A stretch of DNA of 63,441 nt, counting the filler, from Reclinomonas americana ATCC 50394 (taxonomy: Eukaryota): the NCBI GenBank assembly GCA_048213135.1. It is 5 parts of 3 records of this genome, joined end to end, with 100 filler letters (N's around TTAATTAATTAA, not from the genome) between each part and the next. Parts side by side here need not be neighbours in the genome. Positions count along the whole stretch, not along the records: positions 1 to 25,680 come from PS015517.1; 4 more parts are not named here. The stretch is one strand, 5' to 3'. Shown here one piece after another: positions 1-11,745 of the stretch. The translations under genes were made by a program, and so were the position numbers. Every line of letters starts with the position of its first letter. The first letter of the stretch is position 1. The notes under the pieces are model-generated. The model did not search any database. It worked only from the letters and a program-made list of their open reading frames with translations, and was not told the DNA's origin.

Positions 1-46
1 GGATCAACAACAGCACGAGGTGAAAGAGCATTGCGACACAACTCAC

Positions 47-3000
47 CACTCGCCACCACACCCATCGCGCCGCACACAGCGTCCATCAGCTCCGGCACGG
101 CTACATGACGCTGAACAAGCGAAACGGTCTTCTGGATCAGGCCGCCTGTTATCGCACGCTGCTTGTTCTCGTTGAAGGCTGACAATGGACAGAATCAGAA
201 ACGCATCCACTCGCAATCTCCCCTGCCCCCAGTTCCCGACGCACAAACGCATGAGTTCCACAAGGCACGGATGCACGACTCGGCGGCCTTTGGATCGGCC
301 GAATAACGTTCCAGTGCATCGCAGAGAAGCTCCACACCGCCGGCGTCACCGAAACGTTCACGGCACAGGCGTTCATCTGGTCGTGGCAATGAGCAAATGA
401 CTGCAGCAACAAGACGGCACTCTCACGCACTTGCATTCAGCGCACGCACGGCGTCACATGCGGAGCGCACGATGCGCACGTCGGCGATGTTCTGGCGGAT
501 GAGCTCGGCCAGCTTCTCCAGGCATCCGGCTTCGCCCATCTGTACTTGGTTCTCCACAACGCCTGGCGGAGGGAGGAGAGTGAGAAAAAGAGGGGAGGGA
601 GAAGGGAGAAGAAACGGGGAATGGAATAAAGGAATGAGAGAAGGAGTGGTACGAGTAACATGGACAAGAAAGGAAGACACGAGAGAAAAAGAATGACGAG
701 AACAAGAAACAATCAAGAGAGAAGAAGAGGGAGGAGGTTGTGAGTAAAGAGGGAAGCAAGAGGGTATACAGTAACGAGTGTGACGAGAAGGAAAGAATGA
801 AGAGAACAAAGAAATAATCATGAGAGAAGAAGAGGGAGGAGGTCGTGAGTAAAGAGGGAAGCAAGAGGGTATACAGTAACGAGTGTGACGAGAAGGAAGC
901 GGAAAAGGTCCCAGTGAGAGCCCAGAGAACTGGGAGCAGAGGAGACGGGGAGGACAAGAGTATGAGAAGAAAGCACAAGATGCGGGAGAATGAAGAAAGA
1001 ATATACGAGTAGAAAGTGCCAGTCAGAGCATGCACAGGGAGGAGAGACATTCGCAAGACGCGAAGTTCGGCGGAAGGTACTGCAAGATATGCAAGACGAG
1101 ATCCGTAAAGCTATGTGAAAACAAGTAGAGCGAGAATGCTGAGGAGAACGGCTTTGTTAGGAGAGAGAGTAGAAATGTACAATGCGATAAAAGTGAAGGG
1201 TGCGAGAGACTCCGCTTATTCGCTACCTCCCCAGCCACCCTCTGACTCACCAAACACCAAGTTGTAAATGGCGTCGCAGATGTTGGTGGCCGCGGGTGAA
1301 CCCTTGTCGTGAATGGCCAAGGCCTCCATCAACAGCGACGGCAGTCCCAGGTCCCGCAGCTTCTGCTTCACGGGAGCCAAGCCTGCGACATCACATGACA
1401 ATGAATACATCACCGTCGCTCCCCCTGAGTTTGTCATGAGAGCGAGCGTACCAGCCATGCATGTGCACGTCGCCGCGCACACACTCGACACGGCGTCCAC
1501 GTCTTGAATGTGGCGGCGGAAACTGTCGATCAATAGTTGTGGCCCATCGACCGCCGCGAAGCGCTCCTTGTTGGGGGCGCACGCTGAAGATGAGGAGATG
1601 ATAAGTGGAACATGCAATGAGCGAAGAAGCCCACCAGAAAAACGCACTGACACAGCAGCCGTAGATGGCGCCGAGGCAGCCGCTGGCGGCTTCTGAGTCG
1701 TCCATAACTGCGCGCAATGTCTCCGCGACCAGCTCAACGCCGCCACTGTCGCCAAACTCGGTACGTGCCGGTGCATGTCCTACTCAGCGCACACCTCTGT
1801 CAGCTCACGCTCGTTGACGGAGATAAAGAGTACTTGCCCACGAACCCATCATCAGACTGTACAGTGAATTGTAGATGCACGACGGCATGCGAGGACTGTA
1901 CTTGTACTGGCTGGCGACAGAGAGCAGCAGCGCAATGGCTCCGAGTTCGCGGAAGCGAGTTTGCGCGGCGGGGTTGCCTGCGATGAGAAGCATGAAGGAC
2001 GAGGAACGCGAAAGAGAGAAATGAAGCATGTCAGCTTGTGTGTGCGCATGAAACCCATGCTCCTGGTATGTGTGGGCGGCCGTGCCTCTGCCTGTATTCT
2101 CTGTCGTCTATCGCAACAAAGCAAATCATGCAGCAGTTCAAGTCCCATCTTCTTCCACTTTTACAGCTCACTCATAGATCGAAACGACGCAAACCTTGTC
2201 CTTCCCTCACACTCGTTCTCGATATGTACTAGTCAGAGATCCTCTTCGTATGGCCTCCCGCTACATCTATAATCACTCCCTGTCTCTCTCCCTTCATCCT
2301 CTCCCATCTCGAAATCTCGCTTCTTTACATGTGCCTTCTATAGACTATACGTGTCTCACAACTCAACCATCACTCACGCACTTTTCGACACGTGGCTTCA
2401 GCATGGGTGCTCTCACTTTTGTTTTCAACGCGGAGAGTCTCGTCTGGTCTGTGTCTCATTCTCGGCTCGTCGTCCTGCCTCAACTGCACGTTTCTTATCA
2501 TCGACGACTGCCATCCCTATCTCTTCCTCCTTCTCCCTTCCTCACCAATAACACAATTGCCAACCGCCCGACCAGCCGACAAGCACGCACTCTCCGACTC
2601 CAGGTGGTCGCGCATGGCCGTCGACAGCAACTCCAATCCACCGGCCTCCATCATGTGCACCTGATTGATCTCGTTATCTGTATGCGCGCACACACACACA
2701 CACACGTGAGATCGATTGCCAAGGAGGAGCACTACGCTGAGAGAGAACCTCGAGTTCCATAGCGCACAGCATTCGCGACCAGCTCCACCATGGCAGCGTC
2801 GCTGCCGTATCGTCGCAGCAAGTCGGCCATCAGCTCATTCCCGTGCGCCGCGGCATACTTGTCACGCAGTCCCGAATACTGCTTGTCGTCATCCCATTCT
2901 TCCTGAACTGCATGTGCGTGCGCGTGTAAGGGGAAGGGAGAGACCATTATTCGCCAGTCGATGCGTACCATACACTGCGTAACGGAGGGCCGAGCAAAAC

Positions 3001-4219
3001 GCCGTCGCCAGCTTGGGATGCTCGACATGCTTGCGCACAAGTCCAACCAGCAGGGCAATCGAATTGACGGAGCTCGCTTGCACGCGCAGTGAAGGGTCTG
3101 CTCCTCATCATGAGAGAGGAGGGCAAATGGCGAGCATGTCGCGACAGGAGTGACGCAACGCTCCAACAAGAAATCGCGCGCTGCGTTGCCAATGCGTTCG
3201 AGCTCATCAGCGTCGACGGTCGCATCCAGCGCGTCGGCGCGCACCAGCTCATCGATTACGTGTTGCACGGCGGGGTCGACTTCCACTGGCGAGAGGGCAG
3301 AGTGAGGCGAGGAAAAGAGATGAGGGGATGGGGAAAGGGCGGAAGGCGATGATACCTGGTACGTCGGCGGCGACAGCGGCGGCGGCTGAAGAGGATGCGG
3401 CGGAGGGGTCGACGGGAGCTCTGCGTGAAGGGATGATGAGAGGGAGAAGGAGGAGGATGAGGAGGAGAAAGAGAAANNNNNNNNNNNNNNNNNNNNCAGG
3501 AGACAACCAAGCGAGACGCGAGAAGAGATTGCGATTGCCTCATGTGCATGAAGAGTATGCGTTTTGAAGGAAGGACGGAGAGAGAGACAGACAGACAGAC
3601 AGAGAGCGAGTGTGTGTAAGAGAGAAAGAGAAGGGAAGGGCGAAGGAAACCGAACTCTGAGTAACTCTGAATTCTTCCGCATCTCTCCCCTCTCTCTCAC
3701 GCACACACACGTTCTCTCTTTCTCTCTCTCACACACACACACTCACACACACACAGACAATCTCTCTCAATCTCTCTCGCCCTTCCTTCCCCATTCATCC
3801 CCTCCACCCTCCCTCTCCCTCTCCCACGCAACTCCTCCTCCACCTCCTCACCCTCCACCCTCGCCTCCATCAAACACACACTGCCATGACTCACACCAAT
3901 CTCCCGCAGCGTTCTCTCATCGCCGCTCACATCGATCACCACCTCACTCAACGCCGTCACCAGTCGCACAATCACAAATCGACGACTGTTGTCTTCTCTC
4001 TGCAAATGCTGTTGTTGTTGTTGTTGGAGGAGGAGGAGTGCGTCTATGGCGGTTTCGGCGACTGCGGAGAGACGAGTGTGCAGTGGGATTGCGGGGAGCT
4101 CCGCGCGCAGTTGTGAGGTGCAGTCGACGAGGATGGTGGCGTGCTCGTCGTCCTGTGGTGAGTGAGTGAGTGGGTGGGTGAGGTGGAGGGAGAGGGAGAG
4201 GTGTGTGCGCAACAGCCAT
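47..4219 (-). CDS. Ubiquitin-like domain + armadillo (ARM)-repeat protein, paralog 1 (multi-exon; 3' end runs off the window)
   Basis: Probable first exon ATG GCT (4219-4214) with GTTGCG donor. Exon 2 from 4152 encodes a UBL-like segment (…ERTLREIGVSHGSVCLM). Then ARM-like exons 2546-2677, 1846-1977, 1648-1779, 1452-1583, 1251-1382, 431-562, 245-376 and 47-178, each 132 nt and phase 1-1, with N..F..aGGvelL..l..h....v...c.Al motifs. Confidence 0.85.
716..898. repeat. Intronic direct tandem duplication, about 105-bp period
   Basis: gagagaagaagagggaggaggt(t/c)gtgagtaaagagggaagcaagagggtatacagtaacgagtgtgacgagaaggaa occurs twice. Confidence 0.85.
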
Positions 4220-4973
4220 GATTGGATTGTGCTTGGACAACAACAGGGGGACGACAAGGACAACTGCAGCTTGCCTTCGTTGTTTGCAGTCTGTGGGTCC
4301 TGTTTGTCTCGCAGCGTATGCTGGATTATGTGATCTCTGTGCCCTTGCATTTGACCACTGGCGTTGCGATGACTTTGATCGATATCACGCATGCAACGTC
4401 AGAACTTCTCGCCATACTTATAATTAGAAGCACGCAACAGCTGCCTTGACAACAACAATTCATTCACCAACAAACAAGCAACAGTTGTCATGCTGACCAA
4501 GTTCAACCATATCCAAAACATCAACACAGACACCAATCTTGAGGCAGCATCAGGTTTCTTGTGTGTGTGTGTTCGCTCTCGGAGCTCCGAACAAGTCGAG
4601 AACTGCGATCTTCATCGCATCAAGCGTGGTTGACCAGTGGATTTGACGCACTTGCATAGACGCTCGGCGATTTCTGCGATCGGTGGTATACGGCACATCG
4701 AATTCGTAGAAAGGCAAAGCCGGGTCCGGATCCGTGAAGCATGCAACGCAGCGGAGGCGTCGTCATTGATGGTGTGGTTGAAAAAATGAGAGCTTGTCGT
4801 GTTGTTGGAGAATCAGTGGTGATGCATGTGGCGCTCGCTAGTAGTGACCGCCAGCAAGCCTCGTTTGCTATCCTTCAACAAGTAAAACTGTCGACAAGTC
4901 ATGATCATGCACCTACCAGAGGCTGTCTTGATGGCCAACGCCAACACCAGTTTTGACGGCAGCCTTCTTGCAC

Positions 4974-7900
4974 TCAATCATACCCATCACCTCTCCCTCC
5001 TCCCCCTCCCTTACTCTGCTTGCGCACCCGCCGAGTCGTCTTCTTGCGACGCACCACCCGCCGACGACGAGCGGCACTGCGACTCTTCGCACCACCATCG
5101 TCATCGTCGCTGTCACTATCGTCACCAGCGCCGTCGTCATCGACGTCGTCATCGTCATCGCCGTCGTCGTCGTCGCTGCCCCGGCGCCTGCTTCTTGCCT
5201 CCACTTGCGCCTTTGCCGCCGTCAGCAACGACAGCATCGCCAGGCGCATCAGGTGGTTCGCTGCGCCCTCCACCATAAAGTGCATCGGATTCATCACCAC
5301 CTTCATCATCATCACGTCGGCGCCCTGCGCGGCCGCAAATCGCCGCAGACCCTCCGAGCCATCTGCGCATCCACACGTGACTAGTCAACAAACACACACT
5401 CCCTTCCTCCCTCACTAACTCATTCCCTCACCCTTCACCACCGTAGTCAGCAACGCCACTGCCGACCCGACCAATCGCGGATCCTGCGAATGCTCCCGAA
5501 TCACGTCCAGCACAATTTCCACCCCGCCGCCCGCCACAAACTGCTGCTCGTGTTGTGGTTCATCTGCAAAGGCCAAGTGAGAAGACCGGAATAAATTGAC
5601 CGGCAGAGTTCCTCCCCCGCGCCCACGCACCACAAATCACCATCACCAAGGCGGCGCATACACTGCCAGCCGCCTCCTCCGAGGCCACATGCAGGCGGAG
5701 CGCCTGCAGCAACAGCTCTGCTCCACCGGCCGCCAAGACGGGCGCACGACTCTCATCCTCTGTGGCGCCATTCATGATCAACACGAAAGGAGCAGGAAGA
5801 ACGAACAGGCTGCCTACCTTGGCACAATTCTCCAATGAGATTGCTGGCCTCCTTCACCACCGTACTGGCCTCGTTGATGTGCCGCCGTAGGCACTCCACG
5901 GCCAGCTGCAGACCGCCGGCGTCGCGAAAGTATCTCTTGTTTTCGCCTGCGGTGAAGAGAGAGACTGTGAGTGGGAGAAAGAATGAAACATGAAGCGCGT
6001 TCCACTCCCACACACACCTGTTGCAGCAATGCGTGCCACCGGCAGCACCTTGTCGACGATGCGCCAGTCGTCCATGTGCATCTGCAGCACGTCGACAATC
6101 TGTTGCATGCCACCAGCGACACCAAAGCGCTGCTTCAAATCGCCAGAATCTGTGTGACCGGGAAACAGTGAGCCGGCATCGCCAAATCATGAAAGGAAAG
6201 GAGGAAGCTCACCAGCAATGGCGCGGCGGAGGGCGCCAAACGCGGTCTGGACGACTTTTGAGTTTGCCGAGTGTTGGCGAATGACCTGTGCCAGCAGCTC
6301 GTAGCCGCCCGAGTCGGCGAATCGCACCTGCGGCTGCCCGCGGTCTGCCCGAGGAGAGAGTGTTGAGGAGGGGTGAGGGAGAAGAAAGGGAAGGAGAGAG
6401 ATAAGGAGTCCTGCGCGTAGTGCTTTGAAAGGGTTCCGTTGTCCTCTGCCCTTCGCTTTCTCTCTCATTTTCAACTTCAGGCATTCGGACTTCTTTCCTG
6501 TTTCTCTTCCTCCGTGCCAAAAATACAGAGAGGATCCGGAGGGTAGAGAAGCAGAGCAACCAGGAGCACGCAAACACTAAGAATTGATGACTCTGGCTTG
6601 GGAAATTAAACACACAGACGACAACACTGAATGGCGTCGAGATACTCAAGATGCGCAAAGACACAAGCACTCGGCCACACACAAGAGATTCGCAGAACCG
6701 CACGCATCAAGGGAGGATGAAGCGCCTCAGAGAGAAAACCACTTCCCCGTCCACCCACTCCCTTCTCGCAACTGAGAAAGTTCCACAGCGCTCCACACGC
6801 GTATTCGACAATGAGAGCCTCGTCCGGATGCTGCTTGATCACCTGGACAGCCGCATCAATGATACCACATTGAACGTAATGCTCCTTGATTTCGCCTGTT
6901 CCGGATCCTGATCAGACGATGAGCATTCATCGGTTGGCAGCTTGCTGACACACACATACACACTTTCGCGCACACACCGCTATTGGACTTGTTGATGGTA
7001 CGCAGCGTGTTTCGTACGACATCCTTGTTGTCAATATGCTCCCGCAGCATCTCGACAAACAACTGCGCACCTCCTGCATCAATCAGCTCCTCGCACACTT
7101 CGGCCTCTGTACGCGTGGTGAGCGACGGCACTGAAACACGACAAGCATTCCCTCCACCACGTACGAACCCTTGCAAAGTGGCTGAATGGCAGCAATAATG
7201 TGCTCCACTGCCTTGGCGTCTTCGTGGTGCTTCTTCAGCAAGTCAAGCAGTAAGGACAAGCCGCCCAGCACAAGAAACCTGCTCGCATTCTCGGCTGTCG
7301 GGCCATCTGCGCGCACGGACGAGTGAGAGGGTGGCAAACGCGGACGGAAACACACGGGAAATATGCGAAACGCTCAAGGCACGCGCACACCACTTCCGAG
7401 GCCCGCGCGATGAATAATTTCCTGTCGGAATGGTCCTTCAGTGCCTCGACAAGGAGGCCTATGCCATCGACAACGGCAAAGAGCGCGGAGGCGTGCGCAG
7501 TGTCCTCCGGATCGTCTGTGCACCGCGTGAGATGATACGCGACACGCACGGCGGCTCTATCTCTTTCTTTTGTCGTTGTGCTTCTCCCTCATCTTCCTCT
7601 CTTTCATCAACTTTTCTTGTCGCCCTTCTCTCCCACACCCAGTCACTTCCCTTCCCCTCTGTCTCACTCTTTCCTCTCCTCCCTCTTCCTCGCCCCCCTA
7701 CAGAACCTGCGGGAAGGAATAGCCACAACAGGCGCAGAGTGTGCCTTGTGACGCTGAAGTCCGACATGTGCGCGTACAGAATCTCGGCCAGCATGTCGAT
7801 GCCGTTGGCGGCAACAAAGGCCTTCTTATTTTCGACGGAGCCTGCGGGCCAGATGGAGTGAGAGGCGGAGCGAGACAAAAGTAACGAAACAGCAAGCTCA

Positions 7901-10900
7901 CCATCCAAGATCAACGTAAGCAGGTCAAACAGCTCGTTAATAGTATCGTCACTGTCGGCGTGCAGGCGAACGAGATCTACAATCAACTCCACACCGCCCG
8001 CCGCACGAAACGCTGCCGGCCCGGCGTCATGGAAAACTGGTGCGCGCGAGCGTGAGAAACAAAAGGCCGAACGCGGGGGAGGGGGAAAAAAAGAGTGTAC
8101 GCACCGGCGTTGTACATGGCCCAGTTGGCCATAGAGACTACGGTTGTCAACATGGAATGCTGGCGAGCGCAGTCGACCACCACGGAAAGCAGTCCGTTTT
8201 CGCAGCATGCGATCCCCGCGGTCTCAGCTGAGGGCAGAGTGAGAGAGGGGAAGGGGAAAGAGGGGAAAGGGGGGAAAGAGGGGAAAGAGGGGGAAAAGGG
8301 GAAAAAGGGGAAAGAGGGGGAAAGAGGGGAAAGGGTGGGGGAGGGGGAAAGGGTGGAGGAGGGAGGGGGAAGTGGAGGGAGAGAGAGCAGAGAAGAAGCT
8401 GACAAAGCGACACACGGCAACTTGCAAAGAGAGGAGACACACGCAGAAGGTGGGAAAAGGAGCAGCAGAAGAGAGACGGAGAGAAAATCGGGTAACAGCG
8501 ACATGGGGAGACAGAAAGGACAAAGCGAGAGGGGAGACACCGAAAGTGAGTGAGGCAAAAGAGGAACATTAAGGGAGACATGCAGGTGAGGGAGAGAAAG
8601 AGATTAAGGCCAGCCTGAAATGGGGAGAAAGAGAAGACAGAGAGCAGAACGAGAGACAGAGTCAGCGAGTCAGAAAGTGAGAGAGTGACGAAGCAGACGA
8701 CAGAAACGCAGAGAGACAGGAAGACAGGGCACAGACAGTCGACAGACAACGGCAGATGCGATGAAGAGACCAGTCTGTTCAGCCCACGCACCACGACAAC
8801 TCAGTCGAATCACATCAAACGCCCAGCACACGACCATTGGATTGCTGCCATGGTTCCGCAGCACCTGTGCCAGCACAGACAATCCACCGGCCTCCACAAA
8901 TGCCTCGCGAAGATCATCAGCGGCCTTGTCTTCCTCCGCATCGGTGTTCTCTGAGGAAAGACTGGATGAATAGCATCCCACATAACATGCCAAGACAACA
9001 ACCGGGCGACCGTGCTCACCGTACACCACTTCGCAGAGGGTGCAACACAGCGCCAGCACAGTTGCCTGGCTGTGTCCGACATTGGAGCGCAGCAAGTCCA
9101 GCAAACCAGCAGTGCCGCCTTGCTGTACAAACGGGCGGCACAAATGTCGGTCTGCATTCGCACACGTGTGAGAGAAGGACGCAAGCGAAGAGGGTCAGGC
9201 GCCATCAGCGAAGCAACGATCGTGCAGTGATTCGTTAATGGCCCAGACGGCGCGCTCGACCTCATCTCCGCGCGACACTTCCAACACTCGTGTGATTTCT
9301 TCCATGAGTGAGGTCACTGTGGGCGAGGGGGGCAATGGTGAGCGTGGGATGGTGAGAGATGCTAGAGGGTGAGGGGGAGGAGAAGACGGACCACTAGTAC
9401 TGTCGACGGCGGTGATGCCCTCTGGCTCTGGGATATCACAGTCCTTGCTGTGGGGGGGGATCAGAAGGGGAGAGTGGAAGAGAAAAAAGTGAGGATGCAG
9501 GAAGAGCAAAGGAACACAATTATGAGAGACAGCGAAGGCAGAAATAAGACAAGAGAGAGAGAGAGAGGTAGAGATAGACAGTAGGAAGGAGTGGGGAGTA
9601 GGGACGGAGGATAGACAAATGAGCACATGTTCAGAGAGCAAGGACAGAAGGAGGAGACGGGAGAAGGTGAAAGAGAGACTTTGACGACTGCAAGCATGAA
9701 CGGAGGACGATGTGGACTGAGCGGGGAGAGAGAAGGAGAAGGCAGGATACACAACGGTGTAGAGACTGACAGAGCAACAGTCAAAGAGCACATCCGCAGA
9801 CCAGGAAACATGAAGGGAGACAGCGAAGAGAATGAGGGAGAAGGATCAACAGGTGGGAGAACACAGCATGAGGGAAGAAACTTGAAGAGTGACAGGCGAA
9901 GTGCTGGAGTGGAGAGAGACAAGGAGACGAAGGGAGGGAAAGGATGCAAGACTGGAAGAGTGACAGGCGAAGTGCTGGAGTGCAGAGAGACAAAGAGACG
10001 AAGGGAGAGAAAGGATGCGAGAAAGCGCCGGAAACATCACAGGAGCGAGAGGAGACGGAGCTGGATTCCAAGAATGGAAAGAGAGAGAGAGAGAGAGAGA
10101 GAGNNNNNNNNNNNNNNNNNNNNNNNNNNNNNNNNNNNNNNNNNNNNNNNNNNNNNNNNNNNNNNNNNNNNNNNNNNNNNNNNNNNNNNNNNNNNNNNNN
10201 NNNNNNNNNNNNNNNNNNNNNNNNNNNNNNNNNNNNNNNNNNNNNNNNNNNNNNNNNNNNNNNNNNNNNNNNNNNNNNNNNNNNNNNNNNNNNNNNNNNN
10301 NNNNNNNNNNNNNNNNNNNNNNNNNNNNNNNNNNNNNNNNNNNNNNNNNNNNNNNNNNNNNNNNNNNNNNNNNNNNNNNNNNNNNNNNNNNNNNNNNNNN
10401 NNNNNNNNNNNNNNNNNNNNNNNNNNNNNNNNNNNNNNNNNNNNNNNNNNNNNNNNNNNNNNNNNNNNNNNNNNNNNNNNNNNNNNNNNNNNNNNNNNNN
10501 NNNNNNNNNNNNNNNNNNNNNNNNNNNNNNNNNNNNNNNNNNNNNNNNNNNNNNNNNNNNNNNNNNNNNNNNNNNNNNNNNNNNNNNNNNNNNNNNNNNN
10601 NNNNNNNNNNNNNNNNNNNNNNNNNNNNNNNNNNNNNNNNNNNNNNNNNNNNNNNNNNNNNNNNNNNNNNNNNNNNNNNNNAGAGAGAGAGAGAGTGAGA
10701 GACAGAGACAACAGAGAGACAGAGACAGAGACACGACCGCAACTCAGACGCCACACTGAGCTCCATTGTCGTTCCATTGCCAATGCCGAGTCCCACCAGT
10801 GGCACCTCCTCCATCTCCCAATGCGCAAACTGCAATGGGCGCCGAATGGCCACCACTCGCAAGACAGCATCGCAAGAGCTCTCACGCAAAGCGGCTGTGG

Positions 10901-11198
10901 CGGCCTTGATTAGGTTGGAGAGTGGAGAGTGCGCGTGCAGTGTGTGCAGTGAGACGGAGGGGGCGTAGTGTGGGCATTGAGTGGTGATGTGGATGGTGAA
11001 GTCCTCCTGTGCGTGTGTGGGTGAGTGAGTGAAGGAGGCAGGGAAGGCAGGGAGAGAAAGTCAAGGAGACGACACAAGAGAGAAAAGAGGAGAAACTGCA
11101 CAGGCAGAGAATGAGAGAGAAAGACAGACAGACATAAAGAGACAGAGAGAGGGGGGAGGGGAGAGAGAGATGCGGAAAAATAAGCGCGCAACATCCAT
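4974..11198 (-). CDS. Ubiquitin-like domain + ARM-repeat protein, paralog 2, with an acidic then basic (NLS-like) C-terminal tail
   Basis: First exon ATG GAT (11198-11193) with GTTGCG donor. Exon from 11006 reads EDFTIHITTQ…PLVGLGIGNGTTMELSV (UBL-like). Pro-rich linker exon about 9197-9447. ARM exons include 7372-7515, 7169-7306, 6978-7106, 6773-6907, 6213-6344, 6018-6149, 5818-5946, 5631-5759 and 5432-5563, all phase 1-1. The last exon ends in poly-D followed by RRRRVVRRKKTTRRVRK and a stop at 4974. Confidence 0.85.
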
Positions 11199-11389
11199 GT
11201 TTGATTGTGTGTTTGTTCGGAAATACATCGTGGGACCAATTGCAAGCCGACATGCATGTAGACAACAACGCTCAGACCACCTTTCTGAGCACCAGAGAAA
11301 CTGCGATATCTCAGCAAAACGTGTTGTCTTGTGCATATCTCTCCAGATCCGTGCATCGTTGGTCGTCGAATAATTATAAGCACCCAGCG

Positions 11390-11723
11390 ATATTGATCTT
11401 TGCGGACGCAGCCCTTTTTCTCAGCCTGCTTGAATGTGCCTGCGAACTCCTTCATGTGCATCATCAGCGCAGCTTCATCACTCATCACCACCCTCTCCTC
11501 TGCTCACTTCACTCCAAAAAACAACTTAACAGGACAGCAGGGAAGTGCGCATATAATAATGCACAAAATCGGCATCGATGTTGGTCTTTGCGCATGCGGA
11601 TAGCCATTTTTCTCACCCTGCTTGCACTTGCCTGCGAGCTCCTTCGTATGCAGCTTCAGCACTCATCACCACCCTCTCCTCTGCTCACTTCACTCCCAAA
11701 AAAAAAAACAACTCAACAGGACA
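11390..11723. repeat. Diverged tandem duplication (about 140 bp, about 185-bp period) in a divergent promoter region
   Basis: cagcttca(t/g)cactcatcaccaccctctcctctgctcacttcactcc(A)n caact(t/c)aacaggaca occurs twice between the ATG at 11198 (-) and the ATG at 11746 (+). Confidence 0.8.
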
Positions 11724-11745
11724 CGATCTTTCCGCCTCTTTCTCA

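Noticed and set aside
4270..4392. GC-AG intron or longer N-terminus for ARM paralog 1
   Set aside because: The GC donor is in the wrong phase. The ATG GCT|GTTGCG model gives a 61-nt intron and matches paralog 2.
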